Below are positions 31,231-41,644 of a DNA stretch of 64,000 bases, piece after piece. Origin of the DNA: Nitrospiraceae bacterium. Lineage in GTDB: Bacteria > Nitrospirota > Nitrospiria > Nitrospirales > Nitrospiraceae. A program made the translations under genes and the position numbers. The stretch's first letter is position 1. Every line of letters begins with the position of its first letter. Where the stretch lies: NCBI GenBank assembly GCA_050246315.1, contig JBFWWG010000001.1:96001-160000 (forward strand), written 5' to 3'. Below the pieces are notes generated by a model. The model saw only the letters and a program-made list of their open reading frames with translations, was not told where the DNA came from and ran no database searches.

Positions 31231-34200
31231 ATGGCCTCAACGCTGCTTGTGTTCACTCTCTGGGTGACGGCCTTTCTCCTCCCCTCAACACCGGCCGGCG
31301 CAACCATCCCCTCAAACGCCGCCGTGCCATATGTCGACGGCCTCGATGCGTTGAACGACGGCCGCTGGCGTGACGCCGTCGCCGTGTTGACCAAAGCCCT
31401 CGATGTCGCAGGTGACAATCCTGATATCCTGTTCGCCCGTGGCGTCGCCTCCACCTTGGCGGAAGATTTTCCGAACGCGCTCAAAGATCTCCAACGCGCC
31501 GGACGGCTCGGCTATCCGGGACGGGAACCGGAACTGTGGACGTACGTGGCGGAGGCCATGAGCGGAACGGTCACGGTACCGGACCATGCCTTGGGCGGAG
31601 GACCCAGAGGTGTTCCATCCGGTCCCGTCGTCGTGTTGCTCCCCGGCCATCTCGCGCAAGGCCATGACGACTACACCACGGAATATGGATCGTTCATCCT
31701 CTATCGGCTCGGCCAGGCTTACCAAGACCACCGTCTGCCGGCGGACAAGGGCGGAAGCGGCAAGTCAGGCGGCACCAAGAGTCCCGAGATGCGTCAAGCG
31801 ATGTTGAAGGCCGGACAACTCTTTGCAGAGAAGAACTATCGCCGGCCGGAGGTGGCTGCCATCAGCACGTCGCGCGCAACGCAGGCCTCGGGCGACACCA
31901 TCACTCCCAAGCACATGGCCCACGTGGCGCGAGCGCTCGCCGGAAACCCGGCGGATCCTCAGGCCCATTACCAAGCCGGCAGGGCATGGCTGGAGGCGGG
32001 CCGTCCGGCTGCTGCCCGGAAGGCATTTACGGTCGCATTGACGTTCAAGACCGACCTGGCCGACGCCTATCTGGGTCGAGCGACGGCTGCCGCCCGCATG
32101 GGCGATGAGCAACGGATGACAGCGGATCTCGACATCTACAAGAAACTTGGCGGGTGGTTCGCGACACGCTCTGCCAGATCGACCGTCGAACGCGAACTCA
32201 ACGAACACAAGATCAGAGGATCAGCCGATCGATATCTGAAAGAATTGCAAGAGGCGGCCGCATCAGACAAACCGTTCGAACGGCTGGTCGAGATCGCAAC
32301 AAAAGTCCATCGCGCGAAGGGGGAGCACCGGCTCCGTTACGACGAACTCCATCAGGATCGCCTTCGCGTTCTCGACGAGGCCGTGCGGGACAATCCCAAG
32401 AATCCCGACACACTCGTAGACCTCGCGACCTATCTGGTCGAGGAAGCCGACATCCGCGGCGAAAAAGTGGAGCCTCGCCGCGCGCTCGAACCCTATCGGT
32501 TCCAAGTTTCACGCAATCAAGAACTGCAACGAGCCATCCGCATCGCCGAGCAGGCGCTGGGAATCGATCCCAAGCATGTCGGCGCCATCATGCAGAAGGC
32601 GATCGCCCTCACGGGGTTGGGTGATCTCGACCAGGCGGACCACCTGGCGGATCAGGCTTTGACCCTGTCCGGGAATCATGCAGATGCCCTGGCGCTCTAC
32701 GCCAGGTTCCGCGCCATGCGGGCGAACCACATGTCGAATGAAGCCTGGAACCTGCGACAGGAGCGCTGTACCAGTTCAACGCACCAGGAAACCCGAGACG
32801 GCATCGTCTATGATGTGACGATCACCACTTGCATCCCACCTTCGCAGGCCGACCTCCAGCGCGCCGCCCAACTCGATGCCATGGCAGCCGAACTGCGTCG
32901 TCGAGCGAGGGCCGCCATGGAGAAGGCCGTCGGTGTGACCAAGGGAACGGTCGAGGGATGGCTCCTGCAGGCCGATTTGGCCTTGTGGGACGGAAAGACC
33001 GACCAGGCGCAGGGCGCGTTCGAACAGGCGGTGAAGCTCAATCCAAAGTCGCTGGCGGCGCATCAGCGGTTGGTTCAGCACTACGCCCAGACGGGACAAC
33101 AGGTGAAAGCCGAAGAACAGCAATTGGTCTTCACCGGTCTCTTCCAGACGACGGCCGCGCCGTTATTGAGACTGACATGGAGAAACGCAGAAAGAACCGC
33201 CTGGCAGGCCGCCAGAGGATATCTTGTCCGGGCCTGGCAGATCGATCCTCAAGACGCTCGTATCGCCGCCTACTCGGGGGTGGTTGCCGAGGCATCGGGC
33301 CAGGCGGAGGAAGCGGCAGCCGACTATCGAATGGCCCTCGCGCTCGAAGAAGCGCGCTTGCAATTGGATGAGCAAAAACCCGAGACCGGCCGGGCACTCG
33401 GTCGCGATGCGATGGAATTCGGCCTGGCAACGCAAGCGCGCTTTCACCTTGCCAAACCTCTTCAGAAAAACGGAACCTTTCCGGAGGCGCTCGCCCATTA
33501 TCAAGCCGTACTCGACTACGAGAAGCGAATGCGCCCCGGATTCGAATCGCGTGAAATGTTTACGGCGCTCTGGCCGGACCAGCAACCGGAAGGGGGCGCA
33601 TTGGTCGTCGGACCGAACAACGCCGCGACGTTGATTGCCGATGCTCACCTGCAAACCGGGAAGATCCTCTCGGCCATGGGCAAGCACGATGACTCCATCG
33701 AACATTTTCGAGCGGCCGCCATGCTCGGCCCCCTCAAGATGGCCGGCATGCCGCAGATCGGCGACGGATACGGCAATACCAACTTCGGTGGAGTCGCCGG
33801 AGTCCCAGCCAAGGAAGCGCAGATCCTCCTCGCCAAGGAATTGATCGCCGAGGGCGATGCCGAGGGCGCGCAAGCCGTGTTGTTTGAGGCGGGAAACGGC
33901 GTGCCCGATCACCTGCGCCAGCAGATCAACGACATCAACATGGCGATACTTCGCCTGCCCCCACGCCCCTCTCACGACTCCTACGCCGACTCGGAGGAAG
34001 AAAAGACCCGCCTCGCAGAGCTTCGGACGAGGCAGGAGCAGCAAGTTCGCGAGCAAGAAGAGCGACATGCCGCACGGCAGGCGCAGCGTGAACGCAATCT
34101 TGCCCGCCGCACGTTGACGGGCCTGCCGCTTCTTGCGACGGTCGTCCCAAGTCTGGTCGGCCGATGGGAAATGATTCCGGACAAACCCGCGACTCCGAAA

Positions 34201-34461
34201 CGACTGCTGACCATCGGGCCTGATTCACGTTACACGCTGGTTGCCTCCGACGACAGCCCAACGATCCGCGGAACGGCATACCTTCAGAACAAGCAACGAG
34301 GGGGGAGGCGCGGTAAGTCGGAGCCGTCAAGCGGGCAGATCATGCTCTACGACGACCAGTCGGGACAGGTCGGCTCGATGTGGTTCGAGATGACCGGTGA
34401 CGATGTCATGCAACTGACCGGGGCAAGCGGCACCAAGTATGCCGCGAAGCGGCAGCGATAA
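31231..34461 (+). CDS. Large exported TPR-repeat protein
   Basis: GGAGG RBS before ATG 31231; signal peptide; many TPR-like helices (AHYQAGRAW, AYLGRATA, AFEQAVKLNP); beta-rich C-terminal domain. Confidence 0.8.
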   Translation: MASTLLVFTLWVTAFLLPSTPAGATIPSNAAVPYVDGLDALNDGRWRDAVAVLTKALDVAGDNPDILFARGVASTLAEDFPNALKDLQRAGRLGYPGREPELWTYVAEAMSGTVTVPDHALGGGPRGVPSGPVVVLLPGHLAQGHDDYTTEYGSFILYRLGQAYQDHRLPADKGGSGKSGGTKSPEMRQAMLKAGQLFAEKNYRRPEVAAISTSRATQASGDTITPKHMAHVARALAGNPADPQAHYQAGRAWLEAGRPAAARKAFTVALTFKTDLADAYLGRATAAARMGDEQRMTADLDIYKKLGGWFATRSARSTVERELNEHKIRGSADRYLKELQEAAASDKPFERLVEIATKVHRAKGEHRLRYDELHQDRLRVLDEAVRDNPKNPDTLVDLATYLVEEADIRGEKVEPRRALEPYRFQVSRNQELQRAIRIAEQALGIDPKHVGAIMQKAIALTGLGDLDQADHLADQALTLSGNHADALALYARFRAMRANHMSNEAWNLRQERCTSSTHQETRDGIVYDVTITTCIPPSQADLQRAAQLDAMAAELRRRARAAMEKAVGVTKGTVEGWLLQADLALWDGKTDQAQGAFEQAVKLNPKSLAAHQRLVQHYAQTGQQVKAEEQQLVFTGLFQTTAAPLLRLTWRNAERTAWQAARGYLVRAWQIDPQDARIAAYSGVVAEASGQAEEAAADYRMALALEEARLQLDEQKPETGRALGRDAMEFGLATQARFHLAKPLQKNGTFPEALAHYQAVLDYEKRMRPGFESREMFTALWPDQQPEGGALVVGPNNAATLIADAHLQTGKILSAMGKHDDSIEHFRAAAMLGPLKMAGMPQIGDGYGNTNFGGVAGVPAKEAQILLAKELIAEGDAEGAQAVLFEAGNGVPDHLRQQINDINMAILRLPPRPSHDSYADSEEEKTRLAELRTRQEQQVREQEERHAARQAQRERNLARRTLTGLPLLATVVPSLVGRWEMIPDKPATPKRLLTIGPDSRYTLVASDDSPTIRGTAYLQNKQRGGRRGKSEPSSGQIMLYDDQSGQVGSMWFEMTGDDVMQLTGASGTKYAAKRQR

Positions 34462-34727
34462 ATCCATGTTGCACCTCGTAGAGGGGTCCTCGTAGAGGGG
34501 CCACACGTAGAGGGGTCTTGCAATCCAACACCGATCCCACCGGTGAATCCAGCTTCTTTTAGCACGGCAATTTACACATTCACCGCTTCGTGCAGACTCT
34601 GCGAAGGCTAGGAATCGCCCCGTCGACCAATCTTTGATGTAATGAGCCTGCCTGCGTGGAGGGCTCCATGGCCCAAGACCTCACCGCTTCGACAGCTTGC
34701 GCTCTTTCGTCGGCAGGGCGCCCAGAG

Positions 34728-35135
34728 CTAATGGCTCAGGCGAGCGAGACACTCGACCAGCGAGATCATCTCGCTCCCGGCGTGAGACTTGAGCGCGAGC
34801 AGGTGGTGGTCTCCCGACACAACCAGATCCGCTTGTGCGGCGACCGCGCATTCCAGAATCCTGTTGTCGGGTTCGTCTTGCAACACGTGGAGCGACGGGC
34901 GTGGGCGCAGGACCGTCGCCGCCTGACTGCTTTCATGGATGACATCCCTGACCTCGGCCTCAGCCCATTCGAATTTGGTCTGCAGCACTCTCGCCGTTTC
35001 TGTCGGGATGGCGACGGAGGTGACGAGTTGAAACGCGCCACGGATCGCTGCAAGGTACGCTTCCTCAGCTTGTCCGCCTGGGATGGCGAGGGCGGAGACG
35101 TAGATGTTGGTGTCGAAGACGACGCGCACAATCAC
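34728..35135 (-). CDS. PIN-domain (VapC-like) toxin
   Basis: VVFDTNIYVSA, DEPDNRILECA, VSGDHHLL. Confidence 0.9.
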   Translation of the reverse strand: MIVRVVFDTNIYVSALAIPGGQAEEAYLAAIRGAFQLVTSVAIPTETARVLQTKFEWAEAEVRDVIHESSQAATVLRPRPSLHVLQDEPDNRILECAVAAQADLVVSGDHHLLALKSHAGSEMISLVECLARLSH

Positions 35136-35374
35136 CGGCCTTCAAACACCAATTTCTCGACGTCGGCCTCCGTAAGGACGCCTTGCTTGCGGGCTTTCTT
35201 CACCCCATAGCGCTGGAGCTCATAAACTCGTTCTTCCCGGCGACGACGTTCGTAGCTGGTCAACATGTCTCGAAACAACTGACTCTTGTTCTTGGCTTCC
35301 GCCTTGGCCAATTTATCGAAACTCTCTGCGAGGTTCGAGGGAAGGGACAGCGTGATAGGTCCGCGAGGAGTTTT
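35132..35374 (-). pseudogene. RHH/CopG-type antitoxin reading frame without an in-frame start codon
   Basis: Manual translation KTPRGPITLSLPSNLAESFDKLAKAEAKNKSQLFRDML...LTEADVEKLVFEGR*; its TGA overlaps the toxin GTG; an in-frame TAA (35375-35377) precedes it. Confidence 0.7.
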
Positions 35375-35913
35375 TTATCGGTCAACTCCTGGATGATGAA
35401 AGAATACATGGGCGTCGGCAAGAGGTCACCTCCGGTGGAGGATTGGCTGAACCCTCACGGCTTGCCGCACGACCTCAATGGATTTCCCGCCCAGCCCCTG
35501 GCGGAACATCTCATCCGCGAGCGGGCCGAATTCCGAGCGTCTGAGAATCACGGACATCAGGGACTACGGACTGTCGTCTGGAAGGTCGGAGGGAATCGTA
35601 AGGCCACAGAGCGTTGCGATATCGAACGCCGGCGTGGTCAATGAAATGAAGAGGCGGATCCACTTGCGGAGTCGAATGCCCTATACGCTGAGGATATTGG
35701 CTCGGCTCGAACAGCCCACGGGTTAGGAAAACAGGTGCTCCGAACCCACTGGAGATGTAGAGGTAGAGGTCCGGCGGCGCAAGGAAGAGAGGTTACGCCT
35801 GACGAGCCGGCGGCTCAACCAAGCAGAGATCGAATCAAATTGTGGTATTTCTCCGGCGGCGTCAATGAAGAGGGCTCCGCCCGATGAGCCGCCGGTACAC
35901 GTCAAGCGAGAGT

Positions 35914-36000
35914 TGGTGCCGAAGCCGGGATTTGAACCCGGACACCCCGGAGGGCGCTAGACCCTGAATCTAGTGCGTCTGCCAGTTCCGCCACTTCGGC
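35914..36000 (-). tRNA. tRNA-Leu(CAG)
   Basis: GCCGAAGTGGCGGAACTGGCAGACGCACTAGATTCAGGGTCTAG...GGTTCAAATCCCGGCTTCGGCACCA; long variable arm; encoded CCA. Confidence 0.97.
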
Positions 36001-36007
36001 CCCATGT

Positions 36008-36126
36008 GGATGCTGAAATAAGCCTACAACGGCGTTCTCACTTCGCTCAAAGCATCAACGTACCAGCGAAGAGTACGCTTCAGCTTCTCGCTTGCTGCGG
36101 CCTTGTTCTAGGCTTATTGAGCATCC
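36008..36126. repeat. MITE-like intergenic repeat with imperfect ~22-bp terminal inverted repeats
   Basis: GGATGCTGAAATAAGCCTACAAC ... GTTCTAGGCTTATTGAGCATCC with internal CGTAC..GTACG palindrome; resembles a repeat I recall from Nitrospira genomes. Confidence 0.7.
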
Positions 36127-36300
36127 CGAGCGCCACCCTCTGTATTCCTTGCGGCCTCCCTCCAGCCCAGCTTGAACAACCTGTTCGGAAGCAATGCGCC
36201 GTTCTCGCAATGCCGACCGCGATCCGATAATGCGGCCTGATTATGGCGAAGGGCCGGAGGTTCCGTCAAGGTGACGCAGCCACTGCCTTCGCCTTCATGA

Positions 36301-37791
36301 TCATGACCCAACCGGCGCACCGCTGGATCGATCCGACCTGTTGAGCGGCGCCTCACGACTGAGATCCCAAGTGCCGGTGAGAACAAAGTCGCGGGGATCG
36401 CCGCTGAGCACGATGCGTTCGCGTGTGATCGCCGCAGCTCCCAACACATGCGCCGCCGGAATGTGCGGGACTTCATCGACGACCAGCACATCGAATCGCA
36501 CCCGTGCAAACAGAGGATCGGCCAGGACGCGACCCGCGGTCGTAGCCACGATCCGCTTATTTTGAACAAAGGCCTGCCGGTTGGTGCCTTCTTCGGCCGC
36601 GAGCAGCTCACGGATCTTTTTGGTACCGCCCAGCCGGACGACCTCCTCCTTCAGTTCCTCATATTCCGGACGCATCTCGCGCGGTACCGCCGCCTCCGGC
36701 ACCAACTCGTCGATGCGCGCCTTGGCAATATCCAATTCCTTCATCAATCCCTGGATCTGCTCATTGTAAAGCTGGCGGTATTCGCCCAGCGACTCGACGT
36801 TCTTGCCGACCGATTGCATCGCCAGCCGTTTCCAAATCGGCAAGCCCTCATACTGGCTGACGATCTGATCGATTTCAGTCACCTTGGTTCGGCACTCCGT
36901 CAACTGCGTCAGCAAGCGCCATTCGAGCAACCGGACCTCGTCCAACTCCTGCTGCTTCTGTGCCTTATAGGCCAGGATCGGCGTCAGTTCTCGGAACCGC
37001 TCATACTTGCGCCGCAGGGCCGCCTTGTCCGCCCGGGACTTGGCAAAAAACTGATGCATCTGCGCTTCGAACCCCAGCTCCGCCATAAGGATGCCCTGCC
37101 GTTCTCGCTCGATCGCCACCTCATACCGGGTCAGATAGGTCTTGTAGGTCAGACCTGACGCCTTGAGGCTCTTGGCCAGGCTTGCGGTCATGTCATCGGA
37201 CATCCGATGGTCGGGGCTGATCAACAGCACGCGCTTATTGGCCCGCACCAGCTCGACCAGCAGGGTCGCCAGGCGACTGCGCCGTTCCGCCAGATGGTCC
37301 GCCCAAACGGTTGTTAGCACTGAAGTTCCGGCTGCCCTCAGGTTTTGGGCCGCCTGTGCAGGATCACCCTCCAGCAGGCCGGTCAACCGTTCAGCCGGCC
37401 CGAGCGTATAGGCCGAAGCCTTGGCCACGATGTCGGCAAGACGCTGCGCTGCGGCATCGACAAAGGCCGTGGTGTCGGGCACGATGGTCACTGAAGCCTG
37501 CTGGGCGCCGAGATCGTCCACGATCTGGATCAGGGCCTGCGAGCCCTCCTGCGCGAGTACCAACCCTTCCGTCGGCTCCATCCCTTCGGGCAAGACGATG
37601 CTCACGGGCACGTCATCAAACAACACACCTCCCGGCGCCAGGTCCGCTCGATACAGGTGCAGGGTCCCGACCGTGGCCTGCCGGTTGAGCTGTCTCGCCT
37701 CGACCGGAGCATCGAACCGGACCGCATCCGGTGAATGGCGCCAGGCCCTCAACTGGGTGGCGCACTGCTCAAGAGCGGAGAGAATCGACAT
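36301..37791 (-). CDS. Upf1/DNA2-like (AAA_11-type) helicase-domain protein, degenerate
   Basis: KRVLLIS, IVATTA, FDVLVVDEV, LSGDP with a coiled-coil insert; no Walker A and no second RecA domain. Confidence 0.6.
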   Translation of the reverse strand: MSILSALEQCATQLRAWRHSPDAVRFDAPVEARQLNRQATVGTLHLYRADLAPGGVLFDDVPVSIVLPEGMEPTEGLVLAQEGSQALIQIVDDLGAQQASVTIVPDTTAFVDAAAQRLADIVAKASAYTLGPAERLTGLLEGDPAQAAQNLRAAGTSVLTTVWADHLAERRSRLATLLVELVRANKRVLLISPDHRMSDDMTASLAKSLKASGLTYKTYLTRYEVAIERERQGILMAELGFEAQMHQFFAKSRADKAALRRKYERFRELTPILAYKAQKQQELDEVRLLEWRLLTQLTECRTKVTEIDQIVSQYEGLPIWKRLAMQSVGKNVESLGEYRQLYNEQIQGLMKELDIAKARIDELVPEAAVPREMRPEYEELKEEVVRLGGTKKIRELLAAEEGTNRQAFVQNKRIVATTAGRVLADPLFARVRFDVLVVDEVPHIPAAHVLGAAAITRERIVLSGDPRDFVLTGTWDLSREAPLNRSDRSSGAPVGS

Positions 37792-38063
37792 GGCCGAGAT
37801 TCAACTGACAACGAATACGGAAGTGAAACCACTCGTGTCCTTCGTGAACTGAGTACAATACTGAATTGTCCCTCCACACGTCCAGCCGGCGCCGGACCGC
37901 GCTCGCCCATCCCCGCGATAGCAGGTGAGTGGAGAAAGGATTGATCAGTCGGCAGGCAGTCGGAGGGCCCTGCCCCTCCGACCGATCCTCGTCATCTCGT
38001 TGACTTTCGGAGCCTTGGACCTGTATTGTGAACGGTCTTTTCACCAGTTAAGGAGCGGGTGCT

Positions 38064-38546
38064 ATGAAGGTTATCTTGCAAGAAACACTGGAAGGCATTG
38101 GCAATCTCGGCGACGTCCTGGATGTTTCCGACGGGTTTGCGCGCAATTTCTTGTTGCCACGCCGCAAGGCGGTGGAGGCCAGCACCAGGAACGTGAAAGA
38201 GTTCGAGCACGCCAAGCGGGTCGCGGCCGAGCGGGCTCAGAAGGAACGGTTGGAGATCGAAGCCCACGCCAAGAAGATTTCGGCGGTGTCGCTGACGATC
38301 CCGGTCCAAGTCGGCAAGGACGACAAGCTGTTTGGATCGGTCACCAACAAAGACGTTGCCGATGGATTGACCGCCCATGGTTTTACGGTCGATCGCCGGA
38401 AGGTTCAATTGGCCCACCCGATCAAGGAATTGGGCACGCACACGGTGGCAATTAAGCTACCTCGGGATGTCACGGCCACCGTCGCCGTGCACGTCGTGAG
38501 AAAGCAAGAAGAGACCGAACCCGAGGCCGCCCAGGCGGCGTCCTAA
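38064..38546 (+). CDS. rplI: 50S ribosomal protein L9
   Basis: [32 protein letters not shown]. Confidence 0.97.
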   Translation: MKVILQETLEGIGNLGDVLDVSDGFARNFLLPRRKAVEASTRNVKEFEHAKRVAAERAQKERLEIEAHAKKISAVSLTIPVQVGKDDKLFGSVTNKDVADGLTAHGFTVDRRKVQLAHPIKELGTHTVAIKLPRDVTATVAVHVVRKQEETEPEAAQAAS

Positions 38547-38613
38547 GATCCGAGCCAGAACGAAAACAGCCGAACCACCGCCAACTCCTACGATTCAACT
38601 ACAGAGGCCAGGC

Positions 38614-39876
38614 ATGAGTGACGCGATAGGATCTCTGGAGGCGCTGAAAGCGACCGATCTCGACGTCTATGAGGCGATTCAGGCGGAAGAGCATCGCCAG
38701 CGCGAGAAGCTCCTGCTGATCGCCTCGGAAAACTTCGCCAGCCCCGCCGTGCTGGCCGCCCAAGGCTGCTTGATGACGAACAAGTATGCCGAGGGCTATC
38801 CAGGCAAGCGGTACTATGGAGGTTGTCAGCACGTCGATACGGTGGAGACGCTCGCGATTGAGCGCGCCAAGCAGATTTTCGGCGCCGAGCACGTCAACGT
38901 CCAGGCACACTCTGGCTCTCAGGCCAACATGGCGGCCTACCTGGCCGTCCTCAAGCCGGGGGACGCAATCCTCGGGATGGATCTCGCGCAGGGTGGACAC
39001 CTGACCCACGGCAGCAAGGTGAATTTTTCCGGGATTCTGTTCCAGGCCTTCTCCTACGGGGTCGATCGTCAAACCGAACAGATCGATTACGACGTCGTTC
39101 AGAAGCGAGCTGAGGAATGCCGGCCCAAGATGATCGTGGTCGGCGCCAGCGCCTATTCACGGATCATTGATTTTCCTCGCTTTCAGCAGATCGCCAAGTC
39201 CGTCGGCGCCTATCTGTTGGTGGACATCGCACACATCGCCGGCTTGATCGCGGCCGGGCTCCATCCGAATCCCATGCCCTATGCCGATTTCGTGACGACC
39301 ACCACGCACAAGACCCTGCGCGGCCCACGGGCTGGGATGATTATGTGTAAAGCTGAGCACGCGAAGGCCATCGACAAGATCGTCTTCCCAGGACTCCAGG
39401 GCGGACCCCTCATGCACGTCATCGCCGCGAAGGCCGTGGCGCTCAAGGAAGCCCTGTCTCCGGCCTTCAAAGCCTATCAGCAGCAGGTGATCGCCAACGC
39501 CAAGGCGCTCGCGGAGGGGTTGCTCGCCCGCGGCTACAAGGTCGTGTCGGGAGGAACGGACAACCACCTGATGCTCGTCAATTTGACCAACAAGGGCGTG
39601 ACCGGCAAGGAAGCCGAAGCGGCCCTGGATGCCGCCGGCATCATCGTCAACAAGAACGCCGTCCCCTACGACGAAAAGCCCCCGGCCACGGCGAGCGGCA
39701 TCCGGCTCGGGACGCCGACCGTCTCGACCCGGGGCATGCGGGAGACCGACATGCGCCAGGTCGTGGACTTCATCGATCGGGTGATCCAGCGGCCGCAGGA
39801 TCAGCCTTTGCAGCAACAGATTCGGGCTGAGGCCAAGGCGCTCTGCACGAAGTTTCCGATCTTCCATCAGTATTAA
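38614..39876 (+). CDS. glyA: Serine hydroxymethyltransferase
   Basis: [33 protein letters not shown]. Confidence 0.98.
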   Translation: MSDAIGSLEALKATDLDVYEAIQAEEHRQREKLLLIASENFASPAVLAAQGCLMTNKYAEGYPGKRYYGGCQHVDTVETLAIERAKQIFGAEHVNVQAHSGSQANMAAYLAVLKPGDAILGMDLAQGGHLTHGSKVNFSGILFQAFSYGVDRQTEQIDYDVVQKRAEECRPKMIVVGASAYSRIIDFPRFQQIAKSVGAYLLVDIAHIAGLIAAGLHPNPMPYADFVTTTTHKTLRGPRAGMIMCKAEHAKAIDKIVFPGLQGGPLMHVIAAKAVALKEALSPAFKAYQQQVIANAKALAEGLLARGYKVVSGGTDNHLMLVNLTNKGVTGKEAEAALDAAGIIVNKNAVPYDEKPPATASGIRLGTPTVSTRGMRETDMRQVVDFIDRVIQRPQDQPLQQQIRAEAKALCTKFPIFHQY

Positions 39877-39917
39877 CGCGATCCTGACGCTTCGAACCCT
39901 GAGACGAGGCGCGCTCG

Positions 39918-40382
39918 GTGAAGTGCCCGTTCTGCGACGCGCTAGAGGACAAGGTCGTCGATTCGCGGATGGCCAAGGAAGGCGAGTTGATTCGCCGCCG
40001 CCGCGAGTGTTTAGGCTGCAAGCGCCGGTACACCACCTACGAACGGGTCGAAGAGACCCTCCCGCTCGTCGTCAAGAAGGACGGACGCCGTGAGCCGTTC
40101 GATCGCGGCAAAATCGTCGCCGGCCTGAAGCGGGCCTGCGAAAAACGCCCCATCAGCATGGCCACCATCGAAGCGGTGGCCGACCACATCGAAAAGCGTA
40201 TCCAAGAACTCGGAGAAACGGAAGTCGCCAGCCGGACCATCGGCGAAGAGGTCATGGAGGCGCTCCGCGAGTTGGATCAAGTCGCCTACGTGCGGTTCGC
40301 TTCCGTCTACCGCGACTTCAAAGACATCGACCAGTTCATGGATGAGCTGAAAACTTTGGCGCGCGAGCGCCGCGAGCGGTAG
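39918..40382 (+). CDS. nrdR: Transcriptional repressor NrdR
   Basis: MKCPFC..KVVDSR..IRRRREC, ATP cone, [12 protein letters not shown]. Confidence 0.97.
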   Translation: MKCPFCDALEDKVVDSRMAKEGELIRRRRECLGCKRRYTTYERVEETLPLVVKKDGRREPFDRGKIVAGLKRACEKRPISMATIEAVADHIEKRIQELGETEVASRTIGEEVMEALRELDQVAYVRFASVYRDFKDIDQFMDELKTLARERRER

Positions 40383-40450
40383 GCGGATCCAACCTATCAG
40401 TTCCCTTCGATCTGCGGTAGAGTACAGGCCCCTGCTGCAATGCAGGATAC

Positions 40451-41644
40451 GTGACTGACTCGCGACCGATGAAGACCACGAAATCCAAGGCTCGGAACAC
40501 TCAGCGAAGACGGCTCTCGTCGAAGCGGCTGCGGACGAGATCACCACGCCGGCGGCGTGAGGTTCGGTCCCGACAGGAAGCCACACATGTGGCGATTCTC
40601 GGCGCAGGACAGGGAGGGACGGCGATCATCGAAATTCTCGCGCCGGACCCGCTGGTGAAGATCATCGGCATCGCGGAGACCAATCCCGACGCCGTCGGCT
40701 TGAGTCTTGCGCGGCGGCTGAAGATTCCGGTGACGCGCGATTTCCGCAAGCTCCTGACCATGAAGCGCGTTGATCTAATCATCGATGTGACCGGCGATCC
40801 CACGGTTGAAGCCACCTTGCAGGATTTTTACCGGATGGGCGTCACGGTGATCGGCGGGGCCAGCGCGAAGTTCATGTGGCAGTTGATCGAGGCCCGCATC
40901 CGGGCCACCGCGGAAATTGAGCAAACCCTCGCCAAGTACCAGTCGCTCTCCCGGCTGTACGTGAAGGAAGCGGCCACGGCGGTCAGCGAGGAGCGGACGC
41001 GCATCGCCTGTGAGATTCACGACGGTCTGGTGCAGAGCCTGGCGGGCGTCAACTTTCGGCTGGAACTGTGCCAGGAGCTGGTGGGAAGAGACCCGGCTGC
41101 CTGCGAGGAGACGCTGCGCGAGAGCAAGGACCAGCTCAAGCTGGCGATTCAGGAGGCTCGCCAAGTGATCTTCAACCTGCGTCCGCTCCACTACGATAAG
41201 ATGGAGTTGGTTCCGGCCCTCACGAACTATCTCAAATCCTACGAAACCCAATCGCGCATCAAGACGGGGTTCTCGGTATCGGGCGACGAAATGGCCCTCT
41301 ATCCCAGGACCAAGATCTTCCTCTTCCGCATCGTGCAGGAAGCGCTCAGCAACGTGGAAAAACACGCCAAGGCTCAGCACGCCACCGTGCACCTGCGCAT
41401 CGATCCCGATCACCTGACCGTCACGATCACCGACGATGGAATCGGATTCGATGTCGAGGCGATCGCGCGCGATCCCGAGAAGTGGGATCATTTCGGGCTT
41501 CGTGGTATTCTGGAGCGCGCCCGCCTGGTCGGCGGCGAGGCCGGCATTACCTCGAAGCAAGGGCAGGGCACGAAGATCGTGATCGACGTCCCCATGGTTC
41601 CGAAGGAGGCCGTGAGCAATGGAAAAGACGACGGAAAAGATTAA
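40451..41644 (+). CDS. Cytoplasmic HisKA_3 (NarX/DegS-type) histidine kinase with N-terminal Rossmann-like domain
   Basis: VAILGAGQGG..IIGIAETNPDA..VDLIIDVTG; H-box EERTRIACEIHD; QEALSNVEKHA, DDGIGF, HFGLRG; no TM. Start may be 40469. Confidence 0.85.
   Translation: MTDSRPMKTTKSKARNTQRRRLSSKRLRTRSPRRRREVRSRQEATHVAILGAGQGGTAIIEILAPDPLVKIIGIAETNPDAVGLSLARRLKIPVTRDFRKLLTMKRVDLIIDVTGDPTVEATLQDFYRMGVTVIGGASAKFMWQLIEARIRATAEIEQTLAKYQSLSRLYVKEAATAVSEERTRIACEIHDGLVQSLAGVNFRLELCQELVGRDPAACEETLRESKDQLKLAIQEARQVIFNLRPLHYDKMELVPALTNYLKSYETQSRIKTGFSVSGDEMALYPRTKIFLFRIVQEALSNVEKHAKAQHATVHLRIDPDHLTVTITDDGIGFDVEAIARDPEKWDHFGLRGILERARLVGGEAGITSKQGQGTKIVIDVPMVPKEAVSNGKDDGKD

Noticed and set aside
34477..34515. 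CRISPR array
   Set aside because: Repeats are 10 bp with 4-5 bp gaps; no cas genes anywhere in the window.
34656..35644. Plus-strand ORFs of 184 and 153 aa
   Set aside because: Antisense shadows of the PIN toxin and RHH antitoxin.
27700..35913. Integrated island or prophage at tRNA-Leu
   Set aside because: No integrase or phage genes, and I saw no duplicate of the tRNA 3' end; only the TA module hints at past integration.
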